Of a DNA stretch of 64,000 nt, positions 61,001 through 64,000 are shown in pieces. Source of the stretch: Barthelona sp. PCE (taxonomy: Eukaryota); the NCBI GenBank assembly GCA_040285745.1, contig JAUFOR010000004.1, forward strand, positions 1 through 64,000. Reading direction: 5' to 3'. The notes beneath the pieces are model-generated. The model ran no database searches, had not been told where the DNA came from, and worked only from the letters and a program-made list of their open reading frames with translations. Both the position numbers and the translations under genes were made by a program. Position 1 is the first letter of the stretch, and every line of letters starts with the position of its first letter.

Positions 61001-64000
61001 TAACATCAAATTTTATTCATCTGATGTTGGTGAGCTTGATATTTCTTCGTACACCATCAACTTTAGTAACTATACTTTTATGTGTCCCAATGGTACGATC
61101 GACTGGGGAACCTTCCCATACTCTTCCATATGCAAGGATGTGTGTCCTTACGGATCAACCAGCACAACTGTTGATTGCGAGTATCTCATCTGTATTCCAG
61201 GTATGGAAGATGATTGTAAGCCATTATGTGATCTTAATTATCGTTCGGATTGTTACTTCCCACCAAAGCCAGATCTGCCACAAGGTTGGATCTTGGAGGG
61301 TTACAACGATGGTACATATCCTGAATTTAATGGTGTGTCAGTTTGGAATGAATGGGTCAGTAATCCGTTACTCGGTCTATTCATTAACTATGGTACTATT
61401 ATTACTGGTGCTGGTGTTACTGAACTCGAGTTTGATGTTTCTTTCATCAGTCCAGGTGTTACTTCCAATGTTACATTTGATTTAAGTGATCCTGGAACTC
61501 TTACATTCCTCAAGGACACATATTTCAACGGCAATCTCACTATTGGACCCACTACAAAGATGTATCTAACTTCTGATTACCTTACAGGTGGATCATTCTT
61601 TGACACTTCTCTTATCATGGGTTCTGGTACTATCATCATAGAGGCTCCAGTCTCTGTTGATTTCCTTGGTTCATTTGACTTTACTGGTCTCATTGAACTG
61701 TACGGTAACTGTACATTTGATGGTTTCTTCAACTCTATTAGTGCATTTTCAATGACAATTGACGATGGTTATGCTCGTTTACTTGAATTATTCAACAGTG
61801 TACAGTTTTCTACAATTATTTTGGAGAATAACGGTATCATAGAGTTTGGTTCAACATTTGATGTTTTCGTTGATAAGATCTATCTCATTGATGGTTGGGT
61901 TTCAGGACCTAAGCAGCCACTCATTCCTGATACCGTTGTAGTTAACTATTTCGAATGGTATGAGGGTCATCTGGATGAGTACGTTCAGATGAATGTTAGC
62001 ACTTCACTGTTCTTTTCACCAGTTGGATCTGATCTGATCTCCGTTCAGAAACTGCTTCACACAGGTGCAATCTTCCGTAACTTGGGTGATTTTGCTGCTC
62101 GACCTGTTGATGGTGGTAGTAAGGATCCTTCAGTTATTCATGCAGAAGACAAAGCAATGATTGTGAATTCAGAATCTTCTACAATGGAGATCAAATCACT
62201 CATGGCATTGTGGTATATTGGCGAATCTTCAACAGCCGTTGAAATGCCAATTTTCGAGAATGCAGGTACTCTGCTACTCAACACACAAGCTAAAGTAATT
62301 GTAGATTTTGTCTTTAAGCAATCTGGTGATCTTCACCTTGAACTTGCAGAAATTGTTCTCCGTCGTGGTGGTAGCGCTACTAATGGACAATTGCATCTGG
62401 ATCTTATGTCACAGATGTATGTTGGACCTTCTACGGAGAGTTTTGATACACACGATCTCAATGAAACCATTTATTTCACAATGTCAGAGAATGCTCATTT
62501 CTTCTGTGATTCTATCATGATTTTGGAAACTGATACGGTCTTTACTGTGTTAGGCAGTGCTAAATTTGGTGAAAAATCAAAGGCGGATATTCGTGGTGGA
62601 GGTCTCATGATTGTTGATAACGCTACTGTTGATCCTTGGGGTATCCTTGATGTTGCTTGTGAATTTGTATTCAAAAACATCAGTGATGATATGCACTTTG
62701 ACTACCTTATTGCTGGACCCGGTGGTGATGTTCGATTCGAAACTGGAGTTAATCAATCAATTGAAATTCTTTATGTTGATGATGGATATCGTAGCGGTTT
62801 TGATACTGTTCATGTTATAAGTGTTATGAAGGTTCTTGGAGGTGGATTTAAGGGTAACGGTGTTACCATCACTGATGACATTTCCAATATTGATCTTGCA
62901 AGTATTGTAAGTTCTGAGAACCATCAACTGCTTTTCCCTGTTCAAATCAGCAAATTTGAAACTAATGACTTCTTCTGGCGATTTGACAGCAATTCATTCA
63001 TTCATAACTATGATAGTTTACGATTTAGATCAGATGTAATGACTATCTTAGCTACAGGTTGTGATGCACCTGATTTTGTTTATCCAATGTGGATTAACCA
63101 CAATAATATCTCTGTTGAAACTGAGAAGGTTGACTTTGGTGCCATTTACTTTGGTGATTACGATTCTTTCCTTTACATTGATGATGAGGGTACATGGGTA
63201 CCAGGTTTGTCACCATCTAAGACCAGAAATCCTACTATTCATTTCCATCACGGTGCTGCTGGTAATGGTACTATTTGGATTCCTAACGGTCAGAATATCA
63301 TGTTCAACGATATTTCATTCATGGATGTTAATTCTACACTTCATGCACAGAACTCTCTTGTGCAAGTTGGTGCTATGGATAATTTCGGCTACTATTCTAC
63401 ATGGTTCTGTCATGACAATGAACACACATTCGGAACAAAGGGTCACGTCTGTCTTCTTAACGTTACTGTTCGAGGTTATGGACGATTCCTGATGCAACCG
63501 AACTCCACTTTCTGTCTCGACTCACGTATTAAGTTTGATGTTAATGTTACAATTGATTCTGACGTTATGCTTAAAGAGCTCGTAATCAATGGTAACTTCT
63601 GTATTTACCGTAGTATCAAGGTTTTAGAGCACTTTGAGTGGATTTCTGGTGAGTTACAATGTGGAGGTAGTATTATTGTATTGGGCAATGGTCTTGTACA
63701 CACAGATGAATATAAGGGTGTTGTGAATGGCACAACACTTGATAACCGTGGAACCATGCTTTTTGATGAAGACGCTTGGATCGCAGCAGATCCTCGCGCT
63801 CGTATTGTCAATCGAGCGAATGCAACACTTGAATTTGCACATAATGTCACGTTATATTTGCATGATTCGTATGAATGGTATAATATGACGACAGAAACCG
63901 GTGGTTGGCCGTATTTGGTTAATCAAGGTCGCTTCGTACGACAATCTGGTGATGGTGATATTGGATGGGCATTCCAACAGGACGACACTGGTGTATTTGA
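36966..64000 (+). CDS. Giant secreted/surface beta-solenoid protein, at least 9,011 aa, 3' end beyond the window (partial)
   Basis: An in-frame TAA at 36951 precedes ATG 36966. Hand translation of this frame found no stop up to 64000 (ends ...GWAFQQDDTGVF). The ORF track lists no ORF in this frame, as expected if no stop closes it. Codon usage is consistent throughout. Confidence 0.95.
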   Translation, partial: MEKTLAFVFIFLFLSYFTCVFSQNSIHWVCCNSDSWDNTDCWSTLSVPTSDDVVLIDTECPGQYDIGIDSELEIHTLHLGNEHKEGYPVLWMNNSNVVSIQSEMHWITGGLGGSGSLEIDKVSGVRANAYLLTSKPKKLHSYMTIISYGHIFLNDSQILDFADGTYVHWNFGASFNIMAPSLLRQSGPGVIVPYLKNQGVLNIQATNHSGYVKENITNLMDLEYLQQKGIVHFDIEIENLEEVNIYGYCVVTYPNTEYGTIVIHDGAVYHTLNDLYRFPTGSRIQGDGLIVGQGVLQFENIYSFSGRLVTVKDSRILFANSAIINALRIDDIETNAKIELLAGSFIQALGAYITMTDGEFIVHGAANWSAQQIFFHQYGGYATWENGCAEGYLGFVELFVHGGELELTVGDKVIAVTYNQTGGLVHGLSTVNVVLEQFVTGGIFHCSLFIDSRAQAFFSNGFVDSTASDLVFENEGEFYIGPNFDFYFGDDGFFNNTKNLTLSDNTTLHFGKNVLMQNNNMTFATFDANNPVFFHSMESSDYSLNSVFQNDGEFYVDHGEFSFHNYTTFKQSSIGTTFLMNDSKLLFIAPFETELSGTFDLETPESLLLIQDSVVTFDEDSLIIGEGTLYSDPSMPDFCDEIVLKNCTDPWLRFMSYQDNCPATKGKFVTFNNTLFVHCETNNVFIDYNNEEVSSAYASNFASCNQTYYDCDGLDYQWCGGNIYDFSGSKSSSCSSELKDRYNEICYEEMPHECTNNHPVTYVHGIYDADSHIRQHVGGEMHFTGEVRDYSHIEVVNATLTFKSVLFNCSGECNADITVDNSDLIIGFDVRDHASHKISTFSISNSSVNMIMINDFAVNDLSIDESVFDVHYSVDMNSFFDVTTFLLRNSSFTFESLLGKVRFGLLDSDNSSTQITNVTSTGFEPMDTLDLEDSTFIVEDSEFFINTTTLFKSVRSTIDVSSLRGHISTALLDLETSNMTMNHVSRGTSYIGELRLTDVNRIDWSFMHSLEVGSLHSIDSSNSFFSFKNFEGDIKIENAEFQSSEDVMIKNVTDVTFTSLSSDSKFVLNEFNILTADSIAAEGDFWIEDGHAFACDTLTFQKKLYIEEIITSVVINTVQQPKNTFGYFLRDIYLDSISELVISNTFDHSDSKASLINIDTVEIDQYTCNGNGDLFLDHADMLSSVFSLTECTVTGHSINGDLILGVVNMQRSSFDLSGIGGAVRISNPIDLNNSTFKLVGGNAEIDIGNSIALRNSSTVLFSDFVDGMVFDDISVIENSLLELNGNYRASVKTLTLSDSVVLGTERLNVTDTMDFEGGTVGPNIEITTMALNMFSSADHVLGKDALLQTNNLDLDSSVSSFIADGGSRFEIESALTIAHNFIFVHRDSQLPTPVVKFTKPFVYNHPSTFDVFSRVECDSTFETNQMARLYGGLSGTCAITVNSGNLLIESYAVGNFSTVVDNGDTEITVTVRGCVSIDSANGNIKLKSVSGCIYAEVPNGLCEVGYSGPVVELNCNEVITNSEVHWSCCGSNFWSNTECWSSGSVPTFTDEVFIDAYCPGENYHVGNLDPDITTVKTLFIGKVDDPSYPVLWMNNSNDLYVLEEFRWYKGGIGGSGQIVLPKVLGVKSQGYILSDQEKKLHTASGILNLGDLHFNDSCIIEGQEGSFLMNSFGATFHFHVPVILRALSYSAWPAGITNLGTLHIKNPTDGVPLHVDKERLNDLDYVIANNIVHIGFELNNQEELLVSGYMVASFDSEDYGTTEVLSNGVFHIAGNTYKMKRGSRIRGKAGHFVVQCYCEVMARYSFSGGLVAFNNSNVHFMANSYIAALNITQVHQASLIKFHSMSVVQALIGYMIVSDGEVRVSTGCLWGTSSVHLTTHGGLTIWESDSLDGYLQFSYLLVHGGIVEFNVKSEVISMFNNQTAGIVQGTSTLLNFQEQYINGGALHTHLRVAERATSYFAQGSLDALVSARQWLNEGEMYIGPNFTLKMGADSIFDNVQNVTIFGETVFEFQSRAQYINQNKTDLEFYAENGTQALFTFKGAGEYTAKSSAPLFFNKGNLTLYSMHFVIDYHAYFNQIDHEYVKTELNFNSTLEWFTMFSTSVSGLFSLLEPESLLLMRSNRLDFDVFSRIRGAGTLYTKHGRPHDCPDGFYTTYRREEYWDPKAMEIKVRYVPVYTDCGYYSPIINVFGDYGASPDINQIYVGELNFYGTVQDYSSITVKNAKFAFSNVYFNCSDSCEASIYVERSHFKFHSTGPKTHDISSLEVLEANSFSLRQINKMDIDSVKFHGTSNAIMRYSSSLSSDLFIKNLYVNTSDLAFGSLLGTIQIETLLLEDSTLSMDNTTSSNFLAFDNIALHGSTLDIGNSKHSLTVTDTFFVNGSVFDINGLEGRVSISTYQSIWSNTLLDGVNTYVVEIEDYSVEGNNQLIMRNSQGISIQTFDTTDTHTSQYYFKNLVSGVTIVTGAFNPSGVYYMNNVGAKVQFVNVQINGTLEMNVFTQLVFTNLQISRDIDLSNGESVSGETLWFVRLFNVDNINTLLSINNVLQDKPDRMFQVFTDRSININDVGNLQFELIRHQYSHLSMSAVRSAVMTNYYCTEAGKFSLTTSSLSSEVFSVDNCTIRGTNLVGDVDIVELLASDASLHFLTVSGKVRVQNDVTLVHSMLEVSNVVGNLVFGDVLTASLDSSIYLTNVNGMSMGTIILNGESLLEIMGSNGVEIGTLRLHESSVVRGTESVDVTTEFDFKSGIVGPDTQLTSRLTNIHSVENHTLFEGALVQADSMNIDTEVFEIFGKRDSTLRISEEYTMDHLLKLIDLDMVVSNPPKLILDRNFKYTHDSSFISEFRVLSSKHITQDKQNLLLKAGLEGGATISVAEGDCTIERTAIGNYKITANQGSISAPITTGCIDVRTETGDITVDSVNGCIFARAPIGICTVPIARSDVDIKCNSIISSDLDGTIELTSETATLNSVDGSGTLNFTSNATVGTVSGTFEHFYRTGAIEFTSLAGSHTFISTANVDVENSVTGSTLLFTSTEGSISIGGSVTTSTVEFTLTNGNVSIGGDVTNSLVSNIEVGNLFVGGDIGKDLTATVTSGDITVEGSVGKVLTASADVGDISVGGGVGDSVSVFIEEGNISIDGGLPSSVDVQAEKGNIFVGGGMTGSPRIILPGGTRFDDRSGSHSVWRVAETPVWVNTVNCEMKISEYDKYMNGTEVIGRSDNVTSFKTSARDNCDATIQPEGIIDTCDKADLKDNDIATFDPSKAIGCRKVQRLCYWETKSYDVCDSSPSTANVDMFDSYPNTCNPALHDHYVLPIPTSSEMPTTASRERKCDCDGMNCTSCICALGYCSCEVFDSGDTVNKTTTEINSQQCQTITEDRQHCRIHRDLEFSSPLDRKYNLTFGAGNWNFQPDTYISAIDAYIDAQAGAVLSYDGILEFPPIWEFSGGRINLQTTAQTEMYEIHSSGGTFVLNSYIPTLNLVNIEGGGFEVTNSDALNISTLSVVNGDTVFASEGILATEIFRWTGGTFLPAYGSTVQAESLMDFSGGFPRYWTRGTLVIGSDVVWDSSAPVYGCSPGVFEIPVGVTVTLQTVNLLKQCSNPALLRLKGGLFVQQFDIEWEFEHDGYLHILPMGTFNLMLSSVSTGTFYIDYNAELVVSAPTYEFGPTSVLEGSDGYFRVIDGAEVDFYGTYALNPKIFVEEGELNFKLGSVFDVTDVEINGGVLNFETGSTQCTADSAWHMGVVNVNGGSVNWAELPCDLIIDYLNVSGGSVSFDRLSKILDIRGLRLKGGFVHFKSMVTPLALTDLILEGSTVRFDTGHDVSVGNFSLTSDSQVLGTDDMSIDGDFEFSSGTLGIDTTVSLDTVKQCLFSSGTSNINAGVELVVKRSCIFEHNVIMNGYMGSILDIEKNSTFEGDVSFIEHQNTALLRLASFEHYGQVFKCTWDSKLGYFDASRNSTFHQQLTTAQFSTTTFHNNIHMTGTNSIIFSSVFNIEPSGGIYSPSSVLVLFSGFTVNCEGGMYLDGNYNIPSGYFNLLPNSHGIFGDINLATSSSNLLISGMVEPAKFGIISAHSAGSLKIQRISDNIYFDKIDVRYGQFDIDNMHGGTVHVGETYFKSATVHAISAHLLNVTGSFFTHSTQLLFEDSMSLTTSTLDLNGSPLTCNNVNEIVLDTLDVQVHHDYSSSYGVSINGASKIKVGNIVNHEAKMHIQNVDVLDVDHLYQKNLYHRYWTILENIDNCRIGEINTQYGYFRLGNLATECDIGVIDMSAMLNFEIDTGLASQTLNNLTMYNSTMTVASPTILYPDGFKFTSGRIAASSKVYPNYFFKQSGSASYILSSAQLHVKKGGYHSSGTISTSSNAEFKICSGATFIQDGPVVITGNSGHFIIEGKAYHRDSTSNSTINSRLRIQNNGELHVETAPYRVTGGNHICADGKLFLNRTLTLDNGQFELSEQCILSGDDTIRMQGHESEFHIRGRYCPNEVWKLIDNGYLHIYPTAEICLREYHGRYGRATFEGNPTIISSGPLRFFTRFYNLFFDKFKTDIDFVSLDDSYLGLFFEEPVARINRIQFLGGIINGTNSLDLDAFYWEQGIVLVPIVTKNCKLTTYQERIITNRKSFTINGNCSFTSGSLYLDDFSSLIIGPEGVLSLYDFYRISPVPGVPTSGQENVFNYGTVVKKENSGNLWSTVNWFSNNTLIFEDGTSMEFLTCDFVVENLVQIGAGGKFTFLESSRLIAKENSVFEGLGDIFTVYPTSIVEFYGTYRLNPDFIQSSGKYNFYNTSFYDMQNLTLSGDVVWLNNGTKLSSSLNFTRMTLSGSAQVEFYRIIGKIDVEYFYMSGSTNIKFHNATENVEFYEFRQMSSNAWITFNGVEGDFIVEDNGMVVHGHTHILDLDGCFKAASLYNYYDLYIPRLSCMEIYGIFFIQDDTVSLGTIPGDVYIEQMVCLYKNEYTSFVVGNISGNLTVGDWSAYRCDIDINTVSGPVTFGNYSQIQGTMNANMFGVLTFEENAVFNGHMYFNSTESVNVNSYVNSNNGSITFNYIDGDMTFDDEFLLRQGSFRVNHVDSVQFNEKVDFGTGSTNSVFYLTDVSGNVMFDKSVSLTGVSTIQHVGGELRFKDDFDIKRSSVSFSDIQNKIYFDKNTNVDGNLNIVESGCVHFGGNLTFSGTIYIDSLDCDFFVPNGFYATAGSITIDEIIGSVIVTENFESASINTFSNISGDVLLKRDVIIKDKKTIFDTQGDVTIDSNLVLSTTTARLVLNEINDFEVKGGLNVSGDFTLEKLNSFTINSDIYFFDPSSKLNVSQLDNDFTIAYKMHGSGSLILHDINGDVLLADQLSLSDGKHEFVNIEGRVLIEGGVLAENGFILMDNVKNYFQTNRLVAASCDISEVKYINIEYDTVIENGNCVINNVHGDVNFTSGVELKNGQFSLDSISGEFYSRGIEGSGAILINNITSTFTVEAALKISDGFGGHGSVISNINSDFSLPEGLEFIDTSATVSNIGGSVSTSYITVDGSLLLDNIDGAFTVENITVDGTFSIKEIDGDIEMIDFGYIDGSLVIEDVLGSIITNNLTVIGHMNVKRVSSDLELTHIAIIGTAIIDDIQSIISEDVCDFHGTSSMSTISNVHGNIHCPEGINMKGKWTITEVEGNFNATKGVELNAAHLYLSKLHGSFDGVGGVALLNSHVQLSEFDLAIGMDQGITASASYLLFSKITGDIQLSGGISASQSSFHFSEVTGELIITSGVTQTGGYIYFTNIVGNVQLPGGISAVEANVNFNNIVGELILSAGVNQSGSFIYFTDVEGDITTWVMNIDGNLVISDLQGSILVDTELQIVGTTTSKIDTVSGDIVIPDGILCDGSSCSLEIDSITGQLSTKYINIDGHFYMRGLGGKFHLTEYLRVGTGTSYITNINGFFNVVDGITIDNGDLIIQNIQGTFETDFIQASGAIRIHDVSGHVIVTQQVDGVCSRMSCEIMRVGGPLLVDSMFLKGTVTISNIAGDFNITKDLRHDRISYYYETWLAQSVSGDVNIGLGITGTASVTLDTIGNFRTASIVLVARFRIYRVTGNIELQTQLNVHESNIIETVSGSITIPGGITVVSGYISMSYIGGHGTFPFINAYADRYDHNAIVLQHFKNSVNIAQYVRASRGRIYTNWIHGGLTIGQDITASDGFYRADYVLGNLTAESIFGQWGVRIHHTQGYVITESTIKCGRNDVSVNIYNITESVFVPNGFNMPGYLYINTIGGSLVFAEVKTYYCGYILNVQGSLTVNGDIYINSGNKGTCTSYIDEISGNVFVDGNVHLRGSYVYITDVDGSVEIDGALTLVGHSSTATLGRIIGNVFIHETFYSNQDLSIHTIGGWYSSKSFNLGESLTMNNVGSYVRVYGDAIAGNHHVQFTNIGGDLNITGTIQTTNHFIYIHTIGGSVNINKFKLPGNMVKHCNYVRKCKEVLHGFKWWKECWDHCNAYYLPRTTAYIQTVTGHVHIYGELYVQNVYFHIYSVGDYLRLQTVNSHYSVSDMYDITNDVYIDGKLYVTEGETTFGRIGGDFTAYQVEIRGMFRVGKVTGNVHFLSSNYFRKYGSYAFRKAQDLDGYLGLPGDFSKFGNYYGSVISNIGGTIVFESIVEVSDGSIVGVTSKDVTLKSGISGTGVVRFEHITGNFTVLADVSLGYSSSFGWWSGCYDVSGFALHNGFVTINSRYWMTHYVSESVIYEKQISGSGKYIHADYVTKDIIFTTMVGTGSYAMNHVGGSVLFDYIDLSTGEGYFNVIGGNIVCDYMTFNNIYSHFFNVDGFISANSLTSTSSSSPLRTNEFDDVFRANITSIVFNSNTRITGSTNIEIVNWQQTGGVSYIYDVINLAITNYKTTAGYATIRFITDQATFTTFEPLGGFIEFVEMPHSVVFPAITINNCVLQFTNYLSNQHINSLTQTGGEVIFQSLRTVTIASYTMSGGIRRGSDRVEVSSMNFEAGHLEDGITACMAECNYTTSGTKLIGRSNSNCSSINLARGAFINEAVTNFASDFSELSGRCGGSFQNQGTLNIDSSIMRFVPNFPSTCVTSFPQFIEEGVINFSDKLKLFETEWRLIVKSGHDLDFRAMSDATIALGSGGIEFHSTMYFCRTCAFKIFTLRDCGYKHDFIPGCALEGDATEIELVGNFGIDIRCSYHLSSVLRVPSGTIRFLDGSDHWIDEVYVSSIGNVVFEESLYSNETVWNVHIDNTGGTMDLTDLRNDVIFDDLLLYNTQFTMNDIDTVTNVTNGYIDRSTLTLDTFSPSTPINWGKVVLNSGDIQFKTGYPIHIHDFTMNRVNGYVAQISGTDARNFDFFNYDYGVISAGTINVKEKMFWLFDQSTSLSNGIYLTIEDDMYIAHNYGGNLQLGTSTTLHIVDGATATVDGDMTFSHTTTSKIYVDGAMNVAQHSDVIFTQQLTMASGLCPNAGTLNAFKNSNVTLRYDYIDGNKVDGCWNFYDEAYFKLDHWTSGQTYTDYNGQSTLVLNSPTGHLRIIHPQVRFYMDGTYNMSRSYYQDKGIVHFRDGSKARLSDLYVYGGDLIFTGTAPLLLPGESEARWDMNNVDVRAPGNLVMEVIESVMAVSIYTQYGGNTVFRDLAQLEGVDYVYIYGGTVEFITGETIYLKELRLVGGWRTGSDTIVTETFEISSGGAIGPSDTYITHSMDISNFENKYLLNAANLYSNATQGAWRGRGPLFGCPNVIFENNGTMVVRQSLFLKPLPREHTLANNCPLNLHQTNERPTFINNGEISFVAAAYSNLDWVFHGRNNTNRLLVESSEVILGYGGYTNGIAKVSSGASLSFSCPKGEEDVRFERFTDFIFEESSEIKEDHGLPYMGYPRFTLRNELSNVFVDGSFDMTSAISIEEGTLDFRDGSVINTVNASISADYNRVTGQYIGILIFRELSVVESMSRLDVLSGEVRFLTLNGQELDTLFFQDGRVTIGYENATVNNFFWYKGVVYGPGSIIILNEMMLYSDGVKYIKSGGFIQATSDFYIKSSGFVYIEGGSAFVATQTATTYFENNIKFYSSDVGELDISSYTINFSNYTFMCPNGTIDWGTFPYSSICKDVCPYGSTSTTVDCEYLICIPGMEDDCKPLCDLNYRSDCYFPPKPDLPQGWILEGYNDGTYPEFNGVSVWNEWVSNPLLGLFINYGTIITGAGVTELEFDVSFISPGVTSNVTFDLSDPGTLTFLKDTYFNGNLTIGPTTKMYLTSDYLTGGSFFDTSLIMGSGTIIIEAPVSVDFLGSFDFTGLIELYGNCTFDGFFNSISAFSMTIDDGYARLLELFNSVQFSTIILENNGIIEFGSTFDVFVDKIYLIDGWVSGPKQPLIPDTVVVNYFEWYEGHLDEYVQMNVSTSLFFSPVGSDLISVQKLLHTGAIFRNLGDFAARPVDGGSKDPSVIHAEDKAMIVNSESSTMEIKSLMALWYIGESSTAVEMPIFENAGTLLLNTQAKVIVDFVFKQSGDLHLELAEIVLRRGGSATNGQLHLDLMSQMYVGPSTESFDTHDLNETIYFTMSENAHFFCDSIMILETDTVFTVLGSAKFGEKSKADIRGGGLMIVDNATVDPWGILDVACEFVFKNISDDMHFDYLIAGPGGDVRFETGVNQSIEILYVDDGYRSGFDTVHVISVMKVLGGGFKGNGVTITDDISNIDLASIVSSENHQLLFPVQISKFETNDFFWRFDSNSFIHNYDSLRFRSDVMTILATGCDAPDFVYPMWINHNNISVETEKVDFGAIYFGDYDSFLYIDDEGTWVPGLSPSKTRNPTIHFHHGAAGNGTIWIPNGQNIMFNDISFMDVNSTLHAQNSLVQVGAMDNFGYYSTWFCHDNEHTFGTKGHVCLLNVTVRGYGRFLMQPNSTFCLDSRIKFDVNVTIDSDVMLKELVINGNFCIYRSIKVLEHFEWISGELQCGGSIIVLGNGLVHTDEYKGVVNGTTLDNRGTMLFDEDAWIAADPRARIVNRANATLEFAHNVTLYLHDSYEWYNMTTETGGWPYLVNQGRFVRQSGDGDIGWAFQQDDTGVF
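37044..45812 (+). repeat. Tandem intragenic duplication: unit 1 37044..41537 (1,498 aa), unit 2 41538..~45812 (~1,430 aa)
   Basis: Colinear matches: HWVCCNSDSWDNTDCWSTLSVP / HWSCCGSNFWSNTECWSSGSVP; YPVLWMNNSN in both (37224, 41727); NEGEFYIGPNF / NEGEMYIGPNF; PESLLL in both; FNCSGEC / FNCSDSC; SVSGCIYAEVPNGLC / SVNGCIFARAPIGIC. Confidence 0.92.
46065..46445 (+). repeat. Seven ~19-aa tandem beta-helix repeats, G-(N/D/S)-I-x-(V/I)-x-G, in the giant ORF
   Basis: GSISIGGSV.. / GNVSIGGDV.. / GNLFVGGDI.. / GDITVEGSV.. / GDISVGGGV.. / GNISIDGGL.. / GNIFVGGGM, spaced 20,19,19,19,19,19 aa. Confidence 0.9.
51540..57310 (+). repeat. ~1,900-aa array of degenerate ~20-22-aa beta-helix coils (x-I-x-x-(I/V)-x-G-x-hydrophobic); boundaries approximate
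   Basis: Recurrent NIxG, DVxG and TIGG units. An exact 22-aa period is seen at 54066..54329 (FSKITGDIQLSGGISASQSSFH / FSEVTGELIITSGVTQTGGYIY / FTNIVGNVQLPGGISAVEANVN / FNNIVGELILSAGVNQSGSFIY). Confidence 0.85.

Noticed and set aside
36916-63850. Dozens of short 60-207-aa ORFs listed on both strands in the ORF track
   Set aside because: All overlap the giant frame +3 ORF in other frames. They have no motifs and are explained by its codon bias. The region is not gene-poor, non-coding or pseudogenic.
36966-64000. Bacterial contaminant or chimeric join for the adhesin-like giant gene
   Set aside because: It follows a eukaryotic PHD gene after an ordinary 238-nt AT-rich gap. It has similar codon preferences to the calpain gene, a eukaryote-like signal peptide, many sequons and Cys-rich inserts. 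Long reads across 36700..37100 would settle it.
1-64000. tRNA, rRNA, snRNA/snoRNA genes, CRISPR arrays, transposases, telomeric repeats
   Set aside because: None was recognised by eye. Isolated box-C-like or Sm-like words in intergenic DNA (near 10930, 18906, 29180) lacked supporting partner motifs. A covariance-model search was not possible, so small RNAs may have been missed.

Overview
A gene-dense, AT-rich eukaryotic window. Every recognisable gene is one uninterrupted ORF in the standard code, with intergenic gaps from overlapping to a few hundred nt. This fits a compact, intron-poor protist genome, but the taxon cannot be fixed from the sequence. The first 36.7 kb holds about 21 genes. 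These are two tandem paralogues of an unknown family with mosaic near-identical blocks, a decayed beta-propeller-like pseudogene, glycine cleavage T protein with an organellar presequence, ZNF277, PRA1, a DEK1-like multi-transmembrane calpain, an Akt/SGK-type kinase, a MYCBP-like protein, a small bacterial-looking ORF, a Na+/H+ exchanger, MCM5, a DGK1/phytol-kinase-type enzyme, mannose-6-phosphate isomerase, a probable PRAS40/Lobe-like protein, RPB12, CMTR1, NOC2, a degenerate Aquarius, a PHD protein and some hypotheticals. The main discovery is missing from the supplied ORF track. One reading frame runs from ATG 36966 to the window end with no stop codon (at least 9,011 codons, about 1 MDa or more). 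It encodes a signal-peptide-bearing giant beta-solenoid protein. The protein contains a ~1,500-aa tandem duplication, bacterial-adhesin-like caps and repeats, 19-aa and 22-aa coil arrays, and variable cysteine-closed loops. It is a candidate giant secreted or surface filament or adhesin. Family assignments come from motif recognition by eye, not from database searches.
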